Below are positions 1-11,464 of a stretch of 64,000 nt of DNA, in pieces; position 1 is the first letter of the stretch; each line of letters starts with the position of its first letter. The DNA comes from Enoplolaimus lenunculus. Its lineage: Eukaryota. The notes under the pieces are model-generated. The model saw only the letters and a list, made by a program, of their open reading frames with translations, was not told the DNA's origin and did no database searches. The translations under genes and the position numbers were made by a program. Location of the stretch: the NCBI GenBank assembly GCA_030248215.1, contig JASANG010004046.1, positions 310,001-374,000 on the forward strand, written 5' to 3'.

Positions 1-131
1 GCTCTGCGCAAAACAATTGTCTTCGGTTGTTTTGGACGGTGATGTTTGTTGCGTCAACGTCAATGTTTACATTTCAAATGGTGTTGCTGATACAAAAGTA
101 TACATCGTACGATGTCACCGTCCAAACGGAG
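1..131 (+). CDS. DEG/ENaC exon (TM1), 5'-partial
   Basis: Frame 3: SAQNNCLRLFWTVMFVASTSMFTFQMVLLIQKYTSYDVTVQTE; ends at GAG|gcaagc (GC donor). Confidence 0.85.
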
Positions 132-3100
132 GCAAGCAAATTAAACAAGAGATCAACGGATGGGAGGGGCAAAATCGACTCGAATCCAGTGCAGAAAATT
201 ATTTAACACTGTCTTTATTTTGAATCCGCTAACGCCTATATAGCTACTGTTGAAACATTGAGGGAACCGCGGCGGACTGTCAATGAAAAGTGGCCGTGGC
301 GTTGTAATATAAGCCTTCTCACCACTGACTAGTTTTGAAAATTACAGCGCAAATTTGTAGTTTTTAAAAAAATTTTTAATTTTACCAGGATTTAGTTGAA
401 ATTCAAATTATTTTTTCAGCTAAAATTTGAAGAACGTGAGTTTCCAGCAGTCACAATGTGCAACTTAAATCCGTTCAAAAACGAAACGCTGCATCTCAAC
501 GATGATATGTTTGATTTGGTAAGGGTCAAGCATTGAGTATATAAGATTTATATACCAGATGTTGTGGAACTTTCACAATTGTCAAATATGCTCGCAGTGT
601 AAAATATCTTTAGCACAAAAATTACGAAATTCATCTAAAACATTAAAGTTTTACTCCATCCGCAATTTTTTCTTTAAAAATTTAAAAAACCGATCAATGT
701 TTGCATGCCTCAGTTGTGTTGGTACCAGTTAGCTATAATTTTTGAATCATATAAACTATTGTATCTCCGAACAAAAATTTTCATTCTTGCAAAAGTCTTG
801 CGACGCAGAAAACGTGTGGAGTTCAATAACTCTCGAAGCCCATGTTAACAATAAGGGTCTGTCCGCTAAGCCTAAGTGTAATCCAAAAAGTAAACCTAAG
901 TATAAACCAAAGTCTAAATATCAGTCTAATCCTTAGGAAAGCCTCAGTCTAAGCCTCCCATTCTCTATGCTCATCGGTTTCAATGTCTCCTTAATGGGTA
1001 AGCCCCAGTAATTAATGTGATATTTGCAATTAAATTGCCGAACTTGAAAGTAATCTGTATTTTTCAAATTTCAATATAATATTACGTCATGTCTTGCCTA
1101 AATGAACCCGAAAACTGAAAAATGTAATGTAATGCTTGCCCAAATTATGACGTTATTATTTGGTAACCATATTTATTAAAGGAAAAAATTTTCACTTTCA
1201 GTCTTGAAAATATATTTCGTTAAGTTTAATTGGATGGCAGTGTCGCATCCAAAATTTTTAATGGTGGCAAAAGAACTCGCGAACAAAGCGAACGCGAAAC
1301 CAAGTTCCATTTTAGCACTAAACCTTAATAAAAATTCCGTTTTAGCACTAAACCTTAATACAAAATCTTGATGTTGATCCCAGCTGCAGGGCGTCGGCCG
1401 GGTATTCGTGGCACCTTCTTCTCATCCGCCAGTGCTGGATGGAAACATATGAGTTTTGCAACGGCTGTGAAACAATGAACTTTTTAACAAGAAACACAAC
1501 ACCAGACACAAGGATAATGAAAGGCCAGGGTAAAGGGCTTCAGTTCACCCAAAACCGCTCTGGCTTCCCAGAAAAGGTTTGCTACCGCTGGCAAAGTTAT
1601 GATGTTTCCCGCATGCAACCTGGAGTTTTGTGGTGAACAATGTAAACTGACCGATATTAATGTCAGCTTACCATTAGGCAAATCGATTATTACCATGTTC
1701 AATGGTTACTAATCACCATCAAAAGCATAGCGACCAAAGGATATGGCTTAAAAGTTTACAAAACTGATCTATTTCCAAGCATTTCTATGAGACAATAAGT
1801 TAAGCTATGACAAATAATCGTAGGTATTCACACAGGGCTATCAGGCATCGCCTACCCGTCAACGATTGTTTATTAACATTAAATACTGTCATTGTGAATC
1901 CGTTTTATCCCCTGCCGAGGTTTGTTGCCTCAACGCACCTCTTAATCGGAAAGGTCTTAGAAAAATGTTCACTTTTCAACGAACAAAATTTAGGTTTTCA
2001 GCTGAAAATCTGACCAAAAGTTACGTTCGGAATTTGTTTCGCTCCTTGTCAGCTCATAGCAAATTTCGACGGCCTCCACAAAATTTCATAGAGGCATGTG
2101 GAGGATTTTCAGTAACATACTATTACAGGTTTATACAATTGATATTTCTCTCAAGATCAATTATTTTCCACGGAAGCTGAGCTAATTGACACCTACTTAC
2201 TCGCTAATGAGCATGCATACATAAAACACAACACAAACAGTATTTTATATTACGGCTACTTTATAAATCTGAATTTTTACTGCTCTGTTCTTCTTGCCAT
2301 CACAGTAAACGACTTCCCTTACACATCATGGAAACACTGAATCGAACACCGCGGGAATCCACTGACGGACGGCACAATATATAATAGTAAAAGAACCTCT
2401 TGGGTAAAGCGAGCGAGAAACCAAACGCAATTTTAGCGTAAAGTACGATTAATAAAAAGTTTTGGTTTCAAAAAGCCTGAGGCGAGGTCGGCCTCAGTCT
2501 TGCGCTTTTGTTACATCGAGAAAAATATTTGGTCCTATTTTCGATATATTAATTACTTAAGATTTGTATTATGCAGTATGCAAATGGTGTCATTCTGCTA
2601 TATATCTCGAACAAAGTATACTCAATAGGAAGGCTTTGCGTTGAGAAAACATGTCACCTGTTAACACTGCAATAATTTTAGACATCATTTTAAAATTGAT
2701 ATTTTTTTCAGATGAAGAACTACAAAGCGGCAATTCGAAACTCCGCCGATTTGGACGCAGATGATCGGTGGGGCTTTAAGGTAGAGTGATTTTTTTATCA
2801 ATTTTTACATAGAGAATAGTTTCACATAAATATTTAAAAAAATATAATTTAAGCTACTCAAAATCGCTGCAATATTTGCAGCATATTGGACCTTATTACT
2901 TTCCGCCACTCTGGCCCGTAGTCAGTTCAGCTTGTTAGGGAGGGTAAACATTTTTACAGGAAGTGCATACAAGGTTTTTAGATGACTTACAAGCAAGGTG
3001 GAATTATTTTTATTAGGGGGCAAAAGTTCTTGCAGGGAGGTTGATCCTCTCTGGCCTCCCTCTGGCTACGGGCCCGCCGCCACCTATATTCAGTACACAG

Positions 3101-6100
3101 AAATCTAAAACGTCTTCAGTGCTGTCGGTAGAAACTATAACTGTGTCAGAAGATAGCACACGGAAGCTTTTGGGTTCTATAATGGGTTTGTATGTATCCA
3201 ATATCTCATCCTTCTAAAAAGCTACCTGGTGTTCGCATGGTATTGTGGATTATGCGAAAAATATTTCAACAACTTGCCACCGTTGTTTAAAAGCACGCTT
3301 GGGAAGATTAGTTGCATCGAATTATTTTTGCTCAATACTATTTTTCGCACATAAGCGGCCGTTAAACTTCAAAACAATTTATTTCTTCGCATTTTTATTC
3401 TGACGACGTTGTTATAGAAAGCACACGCGTGAATCTTTGTTGATTCTTTAGTGTTTAATTAATTATTTGTTTTCCCACCACTACACTATCGCCCTAAATT
3501 TTTGACATATTTCAGTTTTCTATTTTTCTAAAATTTTTGAATTGTATTTAAACTACCGACGTTATTGAAAAGCAGTTGATTGCTCGTCAACATTATTACA
3601 GGTTCTTAATTTTTTTGTCCTAAATGTTTACGGATCGTGCGATTACGATTTACGGACTAAATTTCAGAAAATATAAGAAATTTTTTAATATTTTTCAATT
3701 GTTTATTTTTCAGGAAACTACCGATGTTGTTGAAAAGCAGTCGATTGCTCGTGAACATTTGTTGTTTTTATCATCAAATATGTCTGACATACTGCATGAT
3801 AATTTGACGTATATGCTTGAAGATCCAGGCAATTTCGCGAGCGGATTTGTGCTCAACTGCGCGTTCAATACAAGACCGTGTCGGGTTAATATTGTGAAGT
3901 CGTAAGTTTTGTCTATTAAACCAATCGACGTACTCTTTAAATGTGTACAGCTTCCGGCACCAGTTCGTGGAAGGTCTTGCATATATGGAAACAAGCCTAA
4001 ACCTAATCATAATCTTAAGCATCAGCCTAAACGGCTAAATTTTATGTTGAGTAACAAATTATAAGTTCCAAGCAAATGGTGATATTCCAAATTTAGCACA
4101 TTTTTAAACTATAATTTGCCCAACTACCGCGTGCATTTTCTTATCAGTAACTGCAGGATTTCGTCAGTTTAAAAATGTATCATTAAGTTGTGATAAGGGC
4201 TATCGACGTTTGAGAATTTGAGCCCTTATTTGCGCTTTTAACTGAATGGTTTTCTTCCATAAAATTCTCGTTCCAGCCTTAAAACCCTTGTTCCATATCT
4301 CTATAGGGACATTTTAGAAAAGTGATATTTTGTTCCCCAAAACTGTTGTTGCAAAAAAATTTCTTTCTGCACACGTCGAGGTTTTGAAAAACCCCAGAGC
4401 AGAGTCGAATAACACAAAGTTTTTCTATGTGACTATCAGATCACTAGCAAACGATTATGAGACGTAATGAGAAGCCCAAATATGCTAACAATTTTAAAAT
4501 CGAATAATTTTTTCGAACTTTCGCTTCTGTAGATTATATATCCTGAAATAAAATGACAAATAAATTTTATAATCCTAAATGTTGGAATTTGTATTTAAAC
4601 CTTTTAAGCGATTTCGCAACATCGCGCGATCCAAACTACGGCAAATGCTATACGTTCAATCATGGCGCTCGGTATAAAAGCACAAGAGCGGGTCCTTTGT
4701 ACGGTACGTTTTTTTAATGCTAAGCGCGAGTAAAAAAATTTAAAATTAAATTTCCAAAACTTCCTAAGCGCTACCGCTGATTTCAATTTTAAATTTGTAC
4801 ATATTTGACGAAATAAAACAAAACACTGGTCCTTGCTGAATACAGCTCCACCACCGAAGAGCCTGTTTTTAACGCAAAAAGGTTACTTCTGTGTTTTAAA
4901 CTTAATAGACGGACACGTGAAATTATTTATTTTCAAATTTTAAGCACTTCTCACTAAAAAATAAAAGATGCAATGTTCTTAATGAACACGGCTCTGCCAA
5001 TGAGCCTTTTTATACCGCAAAATCGTCGATTGGACCCTACCAAACTTGTAACGAATTATCGCTGGTATTATGCAAAAACACATGCAAAAATTGTAAAAAG
5101 TGGAACGAATATTGCAATATCATTCCAGATTACGTTCAAGTTTTACAAAGTTAAAATATTGCAATTCGAAATTTAAAATTGCGAAATGTCCGTCGTTAAT
5201 GTATTTTCATATGACGATATTTTTAAACCCCAATCAAAACATAAATATCAGGTAAAGTCATAAGCATACTCTATCGCTGTCGGACGTTAAATGCAGGGTA
5301 TACCTAATCGTAACACGAGTGATATCTATTTAGTGACTTTTTTATCGCCAGCTAGTAATATGTTCTCAAACAAGTGAGCATAAGCTGCTGTGAAACTCAA
5401 AATTTCCATAGAGATAAAGAAAAGCCAATGCAATAAATGAGCAAATACTTTAACCATTTCATACTTAGCATCCAATGTTTTACAACGACTATCACAAACT
5501 GGCGATGCTGCACACATTTGAGAATAGGTATATGTACAAGTCTATTAAGTGTAAATTTTAGATTGCATCGCTTAAAGTGCCGACACCGCCGAGAGCATAG
5601 GCCCATCCTGGATGAATTTTTACCTCCCATGTAAAATTTTATACCTTGCTTGTCAGTCATCGAAACCGATTGCATGCCCCTCCTGGCAACCTTTTAGTTC
5701 TCCCATAGCAGGGTGGAGCTTTTCTACGGACCTGAACAGCGCTAAAAGTACCGCACACCATGCAGCAATTTATTTGCATTTACCTGCATTTACAGGGCTT
5801 CGTTTGCTCGCAGTGAGCAATCAACAAGAATATCTTCCGTTGACAGAATCTGCCGGAGTTCGCGTCGCAGTTCATGGTTGGGACGAAGAACCATTCCCAG
5901 ACGCGTTTGGGTACAACGCTGCGGCTGGGTTCACAACATCGTTTGGAATTAAATTCGTAAGGACCAAATGCTGATCGTACTGGTGTAACAACATTTCGTC
6001 TCCAGAACAACTCAACGACCAACATTTCGTAACCCGGCAGATCATACACCAGACAATTTGTCGCTCACCATAAGCTTCAGCTTACGGTTATGCATAGGCG

Positions 6101-9100
6101 TGTGTGACCGTCGGTTGACAAGTTGAGGACCGACGAGTTTTCGCATATTCAATCATGCTTTTTAATACAAGAGTATGCAACTGGGTTCATTCTCTGTGCA
6201 AAATAATGTATAAGGAAAGAAAAGACGTTTCAGGAAAAAATTTTTTTCCTGTAGGGTCCAGAAGGTTATTCTAAATCCTGTTAAAAGTGGTATTTTGTTG
6301 TATATATCTGTGTGTCTTCCTTGTATATGCCGTCGTGTCTTCCTTGTATATGCCGTCGGTTCCAGAGAACTTAAACAGTTTGCTGTGTTTCAGATCAAGA
6401 CTATTCGCTTGTCGCAACCGTACGGAAATTGCACGAAAGACCGAGACGAATCTTTGTACTATTACAAAGGCGCCTATCAAGTCGAGGTAAGATTAATTAA
6501 TGTTTTTCGCTTGTTTTGCATGACAAAAATTTTTTTGGCCAAGCCAAGTTTTTAATATTAGCCTAAAGGCTAAACCTAAGCATCAAGCTCCTCGTATTAG
6601 GATAAGTAAAGTGTGACTAGCGTTTTTAATTCTTTTCTAACACTGAATTCATCAGTCCGACGTTTCTTTTAGCGGCGTAAAATTCGCCTAAAGAGTTTAT
6701 CCCTAGGGGTGAACCCAAAACGTCAGCGAAAATAGTTTGAACCTAAGCATAATCCTTATCGCTTTATTTCCACAGTAAGCGTACGTAAATCATAGATTGC
6801 CATACATGTGCATTGTGCACATATAATAAAATATGAAATGGTTGCAATCGACCGCATGGTGTAGTGCTAGCATGCTTGACTCGAATGCAAGATGGCTAAG
6901 GTTCGATTCCCGGCGTGGTCCTTAACTTTAAGCCAAATTTCGAGTAGGGGACATGCAGACCGCATAGATTCAACAAGCTAAGTCAGGGGCGTAGCGAAAC
7001 CGAAAAGGTATAACAGACATTGGGGCCATTGCTTCAATCCATATTCAGTTCTGTCAAATAAAGATACAGCCGTGCTGAGAATAAATCAAGTCGATGACGT
7101 TTTGTAGCGAATTGATTAGAGATATATCACTAAACTTGGTATAATTTAAAGGTGTAGTCACTAGGAAACAGTGTGACTGGGGGCATAGAGCCTTGTAACA
7201 TTAGGCTTTGTGTTAATATTTAGCTTAGGTTTAGGTTTTCGTTTTTGGCTGTAAATCTTTGCAAACTTTTGTATGCCCTTTGAAATCATTTTCCAGCTCC
7301 CTTTTGCAAGGTGAGCTGGTTATCGGCTTGAGTTTATGATCTACAGAAAGTCTCTATAGTTAGCATGGGCTGGATTTTGCTTTAATATTAAGAACTATTT
7401 TCCATTTTCAATTCAAAAGTGAAAAAATGTTCCAGGGATGTTACCGAAGTTGCTATCAGCGAGCAGTTGTGAAACGCTGTGGCTGCGGTGACCCTAGGTT
7501 TAACTTACCGACTGCTGGCGACTGGTACTGTCCAGCATTTGGACCTCTGAGTAAGTTTAAGGCTCAGTGAAACCATAATATTTTTCTGATTTAAGCATTT
7601 ATTGAGCCGTTTATGGTAGTGTGTTTTGCCATCATCGTGGCAGATCCGTGTACAGTAGCGGGTGCGTATCGTTCGGTCAGCCGCCCATGTAAAGATCAGA
7701 AGCGGAACGTTTTCCTGCGGGACTGCATAGTGAACCTGAAGCATTAGGCTATTTTTGCTTAGGCTTACGTTTAGGCTTAGGCTTAGGAATACGCTTATAC
7801 AACTGTTACGGCCCTTGCTATACAATGGCCTTTTCGTCAACGAACAAAACTACATAACCAGCAAATAAGCTTGAAGCTTGAGCATGGGAATTCAATGCGA
7901 TATTTCCTGATATTCTTGTAGAAAAGACAAAAGAGGCATTTATTGCTGCTTCAATATTTAACCGACTTGGTTAATTTTTCGCACTTGCTACACTTGTTTA
8001 CGTTAGTAAATTTGAAGTTTAACCTCTTCTTAAACTACAACGTTGAATAACATATTTTATGTTTTATTTTTGTGTTTATATCTGTTTTGATTATTAATAT
8101 ATTTTGTATGGGGTTGTATTTATTTTTTGACGTATATATTATGTTGTTATATTTGTTTCAGGAGCATGCGTTGATACGTTCACCAGTGGCAATAAAACGC
8201 TGAATTCGTTCAATCAAGTCACAGATTGTAATTGTCCTCAACCGTGCGAGTGAGTTTGAAATTTTAAAACATTTTGTTTTTTGTTTAAGGCCCTTAGCCA
8301 TCTCATCTTCATAGGAGAAGGCTAAAAAAGTATTAGGAGGGGTTTACAAGCGTGACAGATCACTTGAAGACAGAGCTGAAACTTGTCAAAGACGGTTCAA
8401 GTTTTTCTAGACAGGATACTGAACCCGTCGTAGCCAACCACAAGGTTATGAGCCCACTATCAGTGCAAAATTATTTCACCAATAACCGAACACATCCTCA
8501 AACTGGCCGTAGCCAGGTTACCTCGATAGAGGGCTCAATGTTCTTCAGTAAGGGCGTCCAAGGGTTTTCGATGACCTTCAAGAAACGTTGAAAATTTGCT
8601 GGGGGGGGCAAAATTCTTTTAGAGGGGCTGAGCCCCTCCCCTGGTTCCCGCTTCTACGGGCCCGCCTCTGGAACTGAGACCTGGAGAAACAAAAACAAGT
8701 TTTGGGTTGCTCATCGAATCGTACTATAATTCAAGCCACAGAACACGGCAAACAGTCGTTTGCAGTCGCTCAGAAAATTTAAGCTCGGACCCGTTAGATT
8801 AAAGTTTTGTTTGTTTCACACTATATTGAGTAATGATGAGTGAGTAGACGCATCGGTTGCATGGTCTCAGTAAAAGTACAAAAATTTCGCGATTGAAATG
8901 AACGAGCGGGGGTAAAACGAACTGGTCTGTTTTTTTGCAAATTCCTTAAAAATAATACTTTTCGAGTCAATAGGGTTTCGTTGCTGTACAACACTTCACG
9001 TCGCCTCGCGTCCCAAACAAGATTAAATTTTAAACAAGACGCGCGGTATAATCCGGCGACGTGTTGGCAACCCTTGATTTACCACAATCAGTTTTGAGTA

Positions 9101-9604
9101 TGACACGCGGTGCTGTACATGTAGTGAAGCGCAACTGTTACTTTTAGAGAGTTAATAATAACTTGAAATTTCGGCTAGTTTTTGGATATTATTGTGATTT
9201 TAGAGAATCGACGTATGGAGTTACCGTATCAACCGCACTGTGGCCTTCTGATGTTTACATTGTAAGTATAGTTCGAAGCTGAAAGTTGTTTATTGTAGCA
9301 GTCAGAAAAACTTTTCCGTGAAACACGATCAAGTTTAAAAATCAAAGACGTGCAAAAAAATTTTCATATATATTTTTATTTGTTTATTCATTTATTTATT
9401 TATTTGGCCTAGTTTTGTTATATTTCTAAAACAATGCACTTAGAACTGAATTTTTATTGGTTTTTTTAGCCACCAGAATGTAAAGGATCAGATGTTGGTA
9501 CTCCTTGGGAAGGCTATGCAGTCGAGGGCTGTACGGCATGGTACAAGTAAGTTTATGTTATTAATAAAATAATTATTACAGTACCAGAGGTGTAAAGTAT
9601 AAAC

Positions 9605-9648
<44 letters not shown>

Positions 9649-11464
9649 AAACTTAATGATAAGTGGAAGTAACCTTTGCATAAAATTAATGTTGCTACAC
9701 TTGAGGAAAACTACGCGCCATCTAAATGTACGCCGTAAGCATGGCAAAGGCCCACTCCCAATTGAAAAGGGAACACTATGCTTCATGCTTGTACGCAGAG
9801 TGTGGCGAAATGTTCCACTATGGAATTATATACCCTTGGCAATGGCAAAAGTCAATGATGCACTTAAACAAGAGTCTGAAACAAGCATTGTTTCGATTGG
9901 CATAAAATGTACCAGAGACCGTTGTGTTTTGAATCTACTCCCCTTACTTTGGAGGGGTTGATTTTACATTATTACACGTGAACTACCAGCCAACATCGAT
10001 TACAGTTCGTTAAAAATACAAGCGGTCCGCTTTCAGTATAAACAGCAGCATAAGAATTTCAGAATTTCTGAAAATTTTGACAGCCAGAACTTCAGTACGG
10101 GTGATAGGCCTAAAATTCAATGCGCGCTGGGTACATTGTTTACGCAGAATGTACTCAATTGCATACACTTTGATTCTACAAAATATATGGATGAGAGCCA
10201 AAAATGTCATGCGCGCTGGCTACATACTTTTCTACACAGAATGAACCCAGTTGCATATTCTTGTTATAGACTATATAATGCAGTCATGGTAATAGAAACG
10301 GGCCAGGTTTTTCGTACAGGTCATAACGATGCTTGGGGTGCGTAAATTTTGAGTTGAATCTTCAAATGTGCAATTAGACTTGATCTAAGCAAGACGACAA
10401 TTGCTCGTATTGAGTTTGGCCTATGCCAACAACAAGTTCCTGTCACTGGGAGACGGAGAAATTTTGGGACTTAAAACAAAGCGAAAGCTTAAGCTTTAAG
10501 CTCAGGTTTATTCTTATGTTTAGACTATTAACGCTTAGTACGCAGGCTGTTGCTGTTTACACTGCTTTAGATTTCAGTTCAAGTTAGAAAAGACTGTAAA
10601 TTCGTATTTTATTTCAGAGATAACACAATGTTAATTGAAGTTTACTACGAACGTATGAACTACCAACAGCTCGGGGAATCTCCTGCATACACGGTGAGTG
10701 CTGATATATTTAAATTTTCTAACTTATTAACATTTGATTTGCGAGGTGAAACTTTAAACAGGACAGACGAATCCAAATCGAAAACAAAAAAGCGGGACAA
10801 AAGCTAACGATCAATAATTTTAAGCTCAACATTAAGGTTACTCCGTTATAATTCAAGTTGCAAAATAGATTCCAAGCTATTTAAATTTTAATATATTATA
10901 TAAATTCTCAAACACAACAGTTGATATATTTTGTGATGAGCATAAAATTGAGTATCTTTGTTAATTATTTTTATTAACAAAGATATATTGAACATGTTTC
11001 AAATTGGGTGCGACCGGATCTTAATTTGTTTGTGTCGGTTTATAAAGTTCATATTTTCTGCTTAATAAACTGAACTTATTTAATGCGAAAATGCAATTTA
11101 TTTGCATATCAAACGCTACGCGAAGCATTTAATCTCAAAAATTTACGTGTCGCCCAACCGCGACCTATCTTTAGAAACGTAAACAAAAATTTTTTTGCAA
11201 GGTCCACAAGGTTCCTTGCAAGGCGAAAAAATGTACCTAAAGCAAACTTCTTTCAAGATTGATTTCTTCGACAATGGAAGCGCGAAGACCTCCAAAGTTT
11301 TAACATTGTTTTAGCTGGTCAATTTGATCTCCGATATGGGTGGACAACTCGGGTTGTGGATGGGTATTTCGGTGATTACTGTTGTCGAATTTATTTCGCT
11401 TCTCATTCTGTTATGCTTGTACTGTATCAATCGACCCAAGGATGATCAGGTTGACGATGAAGAG
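1..11464 (+). CDS. DEG/ENaC (amiloride-sensitive sodium channel family) subunit; 5' end lies outside the window and the terminal exon is unresolved
   Basis: Exons <1-131, 420-518, 2712-2780, 3714-3901, 4609-4703, 5796-5956, 6394-6486, 7436-7550, 8162-8249, 9204-9261, 9470-9546, 10618-10693 and 11315-11464 join in frame with consistent phases. The product has TM1 (RLFWTVMFVASTSMFTFQMVLLIQKY), FPAVTMCNLNPFK, YGKCYTFN, RAGPLYGLRL, YGNC, a Cys-rich thumb (CYRSCYQ..CGC..CNCPQPC) and TM2 LISDMGGQLGLWMGISVITVVE. Confidence 0.95.
420..518 (+). CDS. DEG/ENaC exon (post-TM1 motif)
   Basis: ttttcag|LKFEEREFPAVTMCNLNPFKNETLHLNDDMFDL|gtaagg. Confidence 0.95.
1238..1434 (+). mobile_element. hAT-like MITE family 2 (TIR ~CAGTGGCGGATCC)
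   Basis: Flanks ttggatgg / ctggatgg; internal 21-bp direct duplication ttttagcactaaaccttaata. Confidence 0.75.
2712..2780 (+). CDS. DEG/ENaC exon (finger region)
   Basis: ttttcag|MKNYKAAIRNSADLDADDRWGFK|gtagag, phase 0/0. Confidence 0.75.
2911..3076 (+). mobile_element. hAT-like MITE family 1 (TIR ~CNGGCCCGTAGCCAG)
   Basis: TIRs CTGGCCCGTAG / CTGGCTACGGGCCCG; 8-bp flanks ccgccact / ccgccacc. Related copies at ~8503-8664, ~11649-11795, ~41126-41242, 42919-43068 and 56453-56612. Confidence 0.8.
3714..3901 (+). CDS. DEG/ENaC exon
   Basis: ttttcag|ETTDVVEKQ...GFVLNCAFNTRPCRVNIVK(S)|gtaagt. Confidence 0.9.
4609..4703 (+). CDS. DEG/ENaC exon
   Basis: ttttaag|DFATSRDPNYGKCYTFNHGARYKSTRAGPLY(G)|gtacgt. 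Confidence 0.93.
5796..5956 (+). CDS. DEG/ENaC exon
   Basis: tttacag|(G)LRLLAVSNQQEYLPLTESAGVRVAVHGWDEEPFPDAFGYNAAAGFTTSFGIKF|gtaagg. Confidence 0.95.
6394..6486 (+). CDS. DEG/ENaC exon
   Basis: tttcag|IKTIRLSQPYGNCTKDRDESLYYYKGAYQVE|gtaaga. Confidence 0.93.
6850..6921 (+). pseudogene. tRNA-derived repeat (tRNA pseudogene or SINE-like head)
   Basis: GACCGCAT..TGGTGTAGTG (A box)..GGTTCGATTCC (B box)..CGTGGTC; flanking similarity shared with the 62424 copy. Confidence 0.6.
7436..7550 (+). CDS. DEG/ENaC exon (Cys-rich thumb)
   Basis: ttccag|GCYRSCYQRAVVKRCGCGDPRFNLPTAGDWYCPAFGPL|gtaagt. Confidence 0.93.
7682..7830 (+). mobile_element. TTAGGC-containing MITE (GG termini, Merlin-like), subfamily A
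   Basis: cGCCCATGTAAAGATCAG..GCGGAACG..(TTAGGC-like)n..GTTACGGCCC..TATACAATGGCC; same layout as the other copies. Confidence 0.75.
8162..8249 (+). CDS. DEG/ENaC exon (Cys-rich thumb)
   Basis: tttcag|(R)ACVDTFTSGNKTLNSFNQVTDCNCPQPC|gtgagt. Confidence 0.92.
8503..8664 (+). mobile_element. hAT-like MITE family 1
   Basis: CTGGCCGTAGCCAG..CTACGGGCCCG with the shared interior. Confidence 0.7.
9204..9261 (+). CDS. DEG/ENaC exon
   Basis: ttttag|(E)ESTYGVTVSTALWPSDVYI|gtaagt. Confidence 0.9.
9470..9546 (+). CDS. DEG/ENaC exon (knuckle)
   Basis: ttttag|PPECKGSDVGTPWEGYAVEGCTAWY(K)|gtaagt. Confidence 0.88.
9606..9647. repeat. (ATT)n microsatellite
   Basis: Read directly. Confidence 0.9.
10618..10693 (+). 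CDS. DEG/ENaC exon (pre-TM2)
   Basis: tttcag|DNTMLIEVYYERMNYQQLGESPAYT|gtgagt. Confidence 0.93.
11315..11464 (+). CDS. DEG/ENaC exon (TM2 and selectivity filter)
   Basis: ttttag|LVNLISDMGGQLGLWMGISVITVVEFISLLILLCLYCINRPKDDQVDDEE|gttagt. The 3' boundary is uncertain because the frame stays open to 11620. Confidence 0.9.

Noticed and set aside
17..223. ORF-track 68-aa ORF
   Set aside because: Wrong frame; the coding frame is frame 3 (DEG/ENaC TM1) and ends at the GC donor at 132.
6850..6921. Functional tRNA gene
   Set aside because: Mismatched T and anticodon stems, a CGA triplet without a long variable arm, and flanks shared with another copy indicate a repeat.
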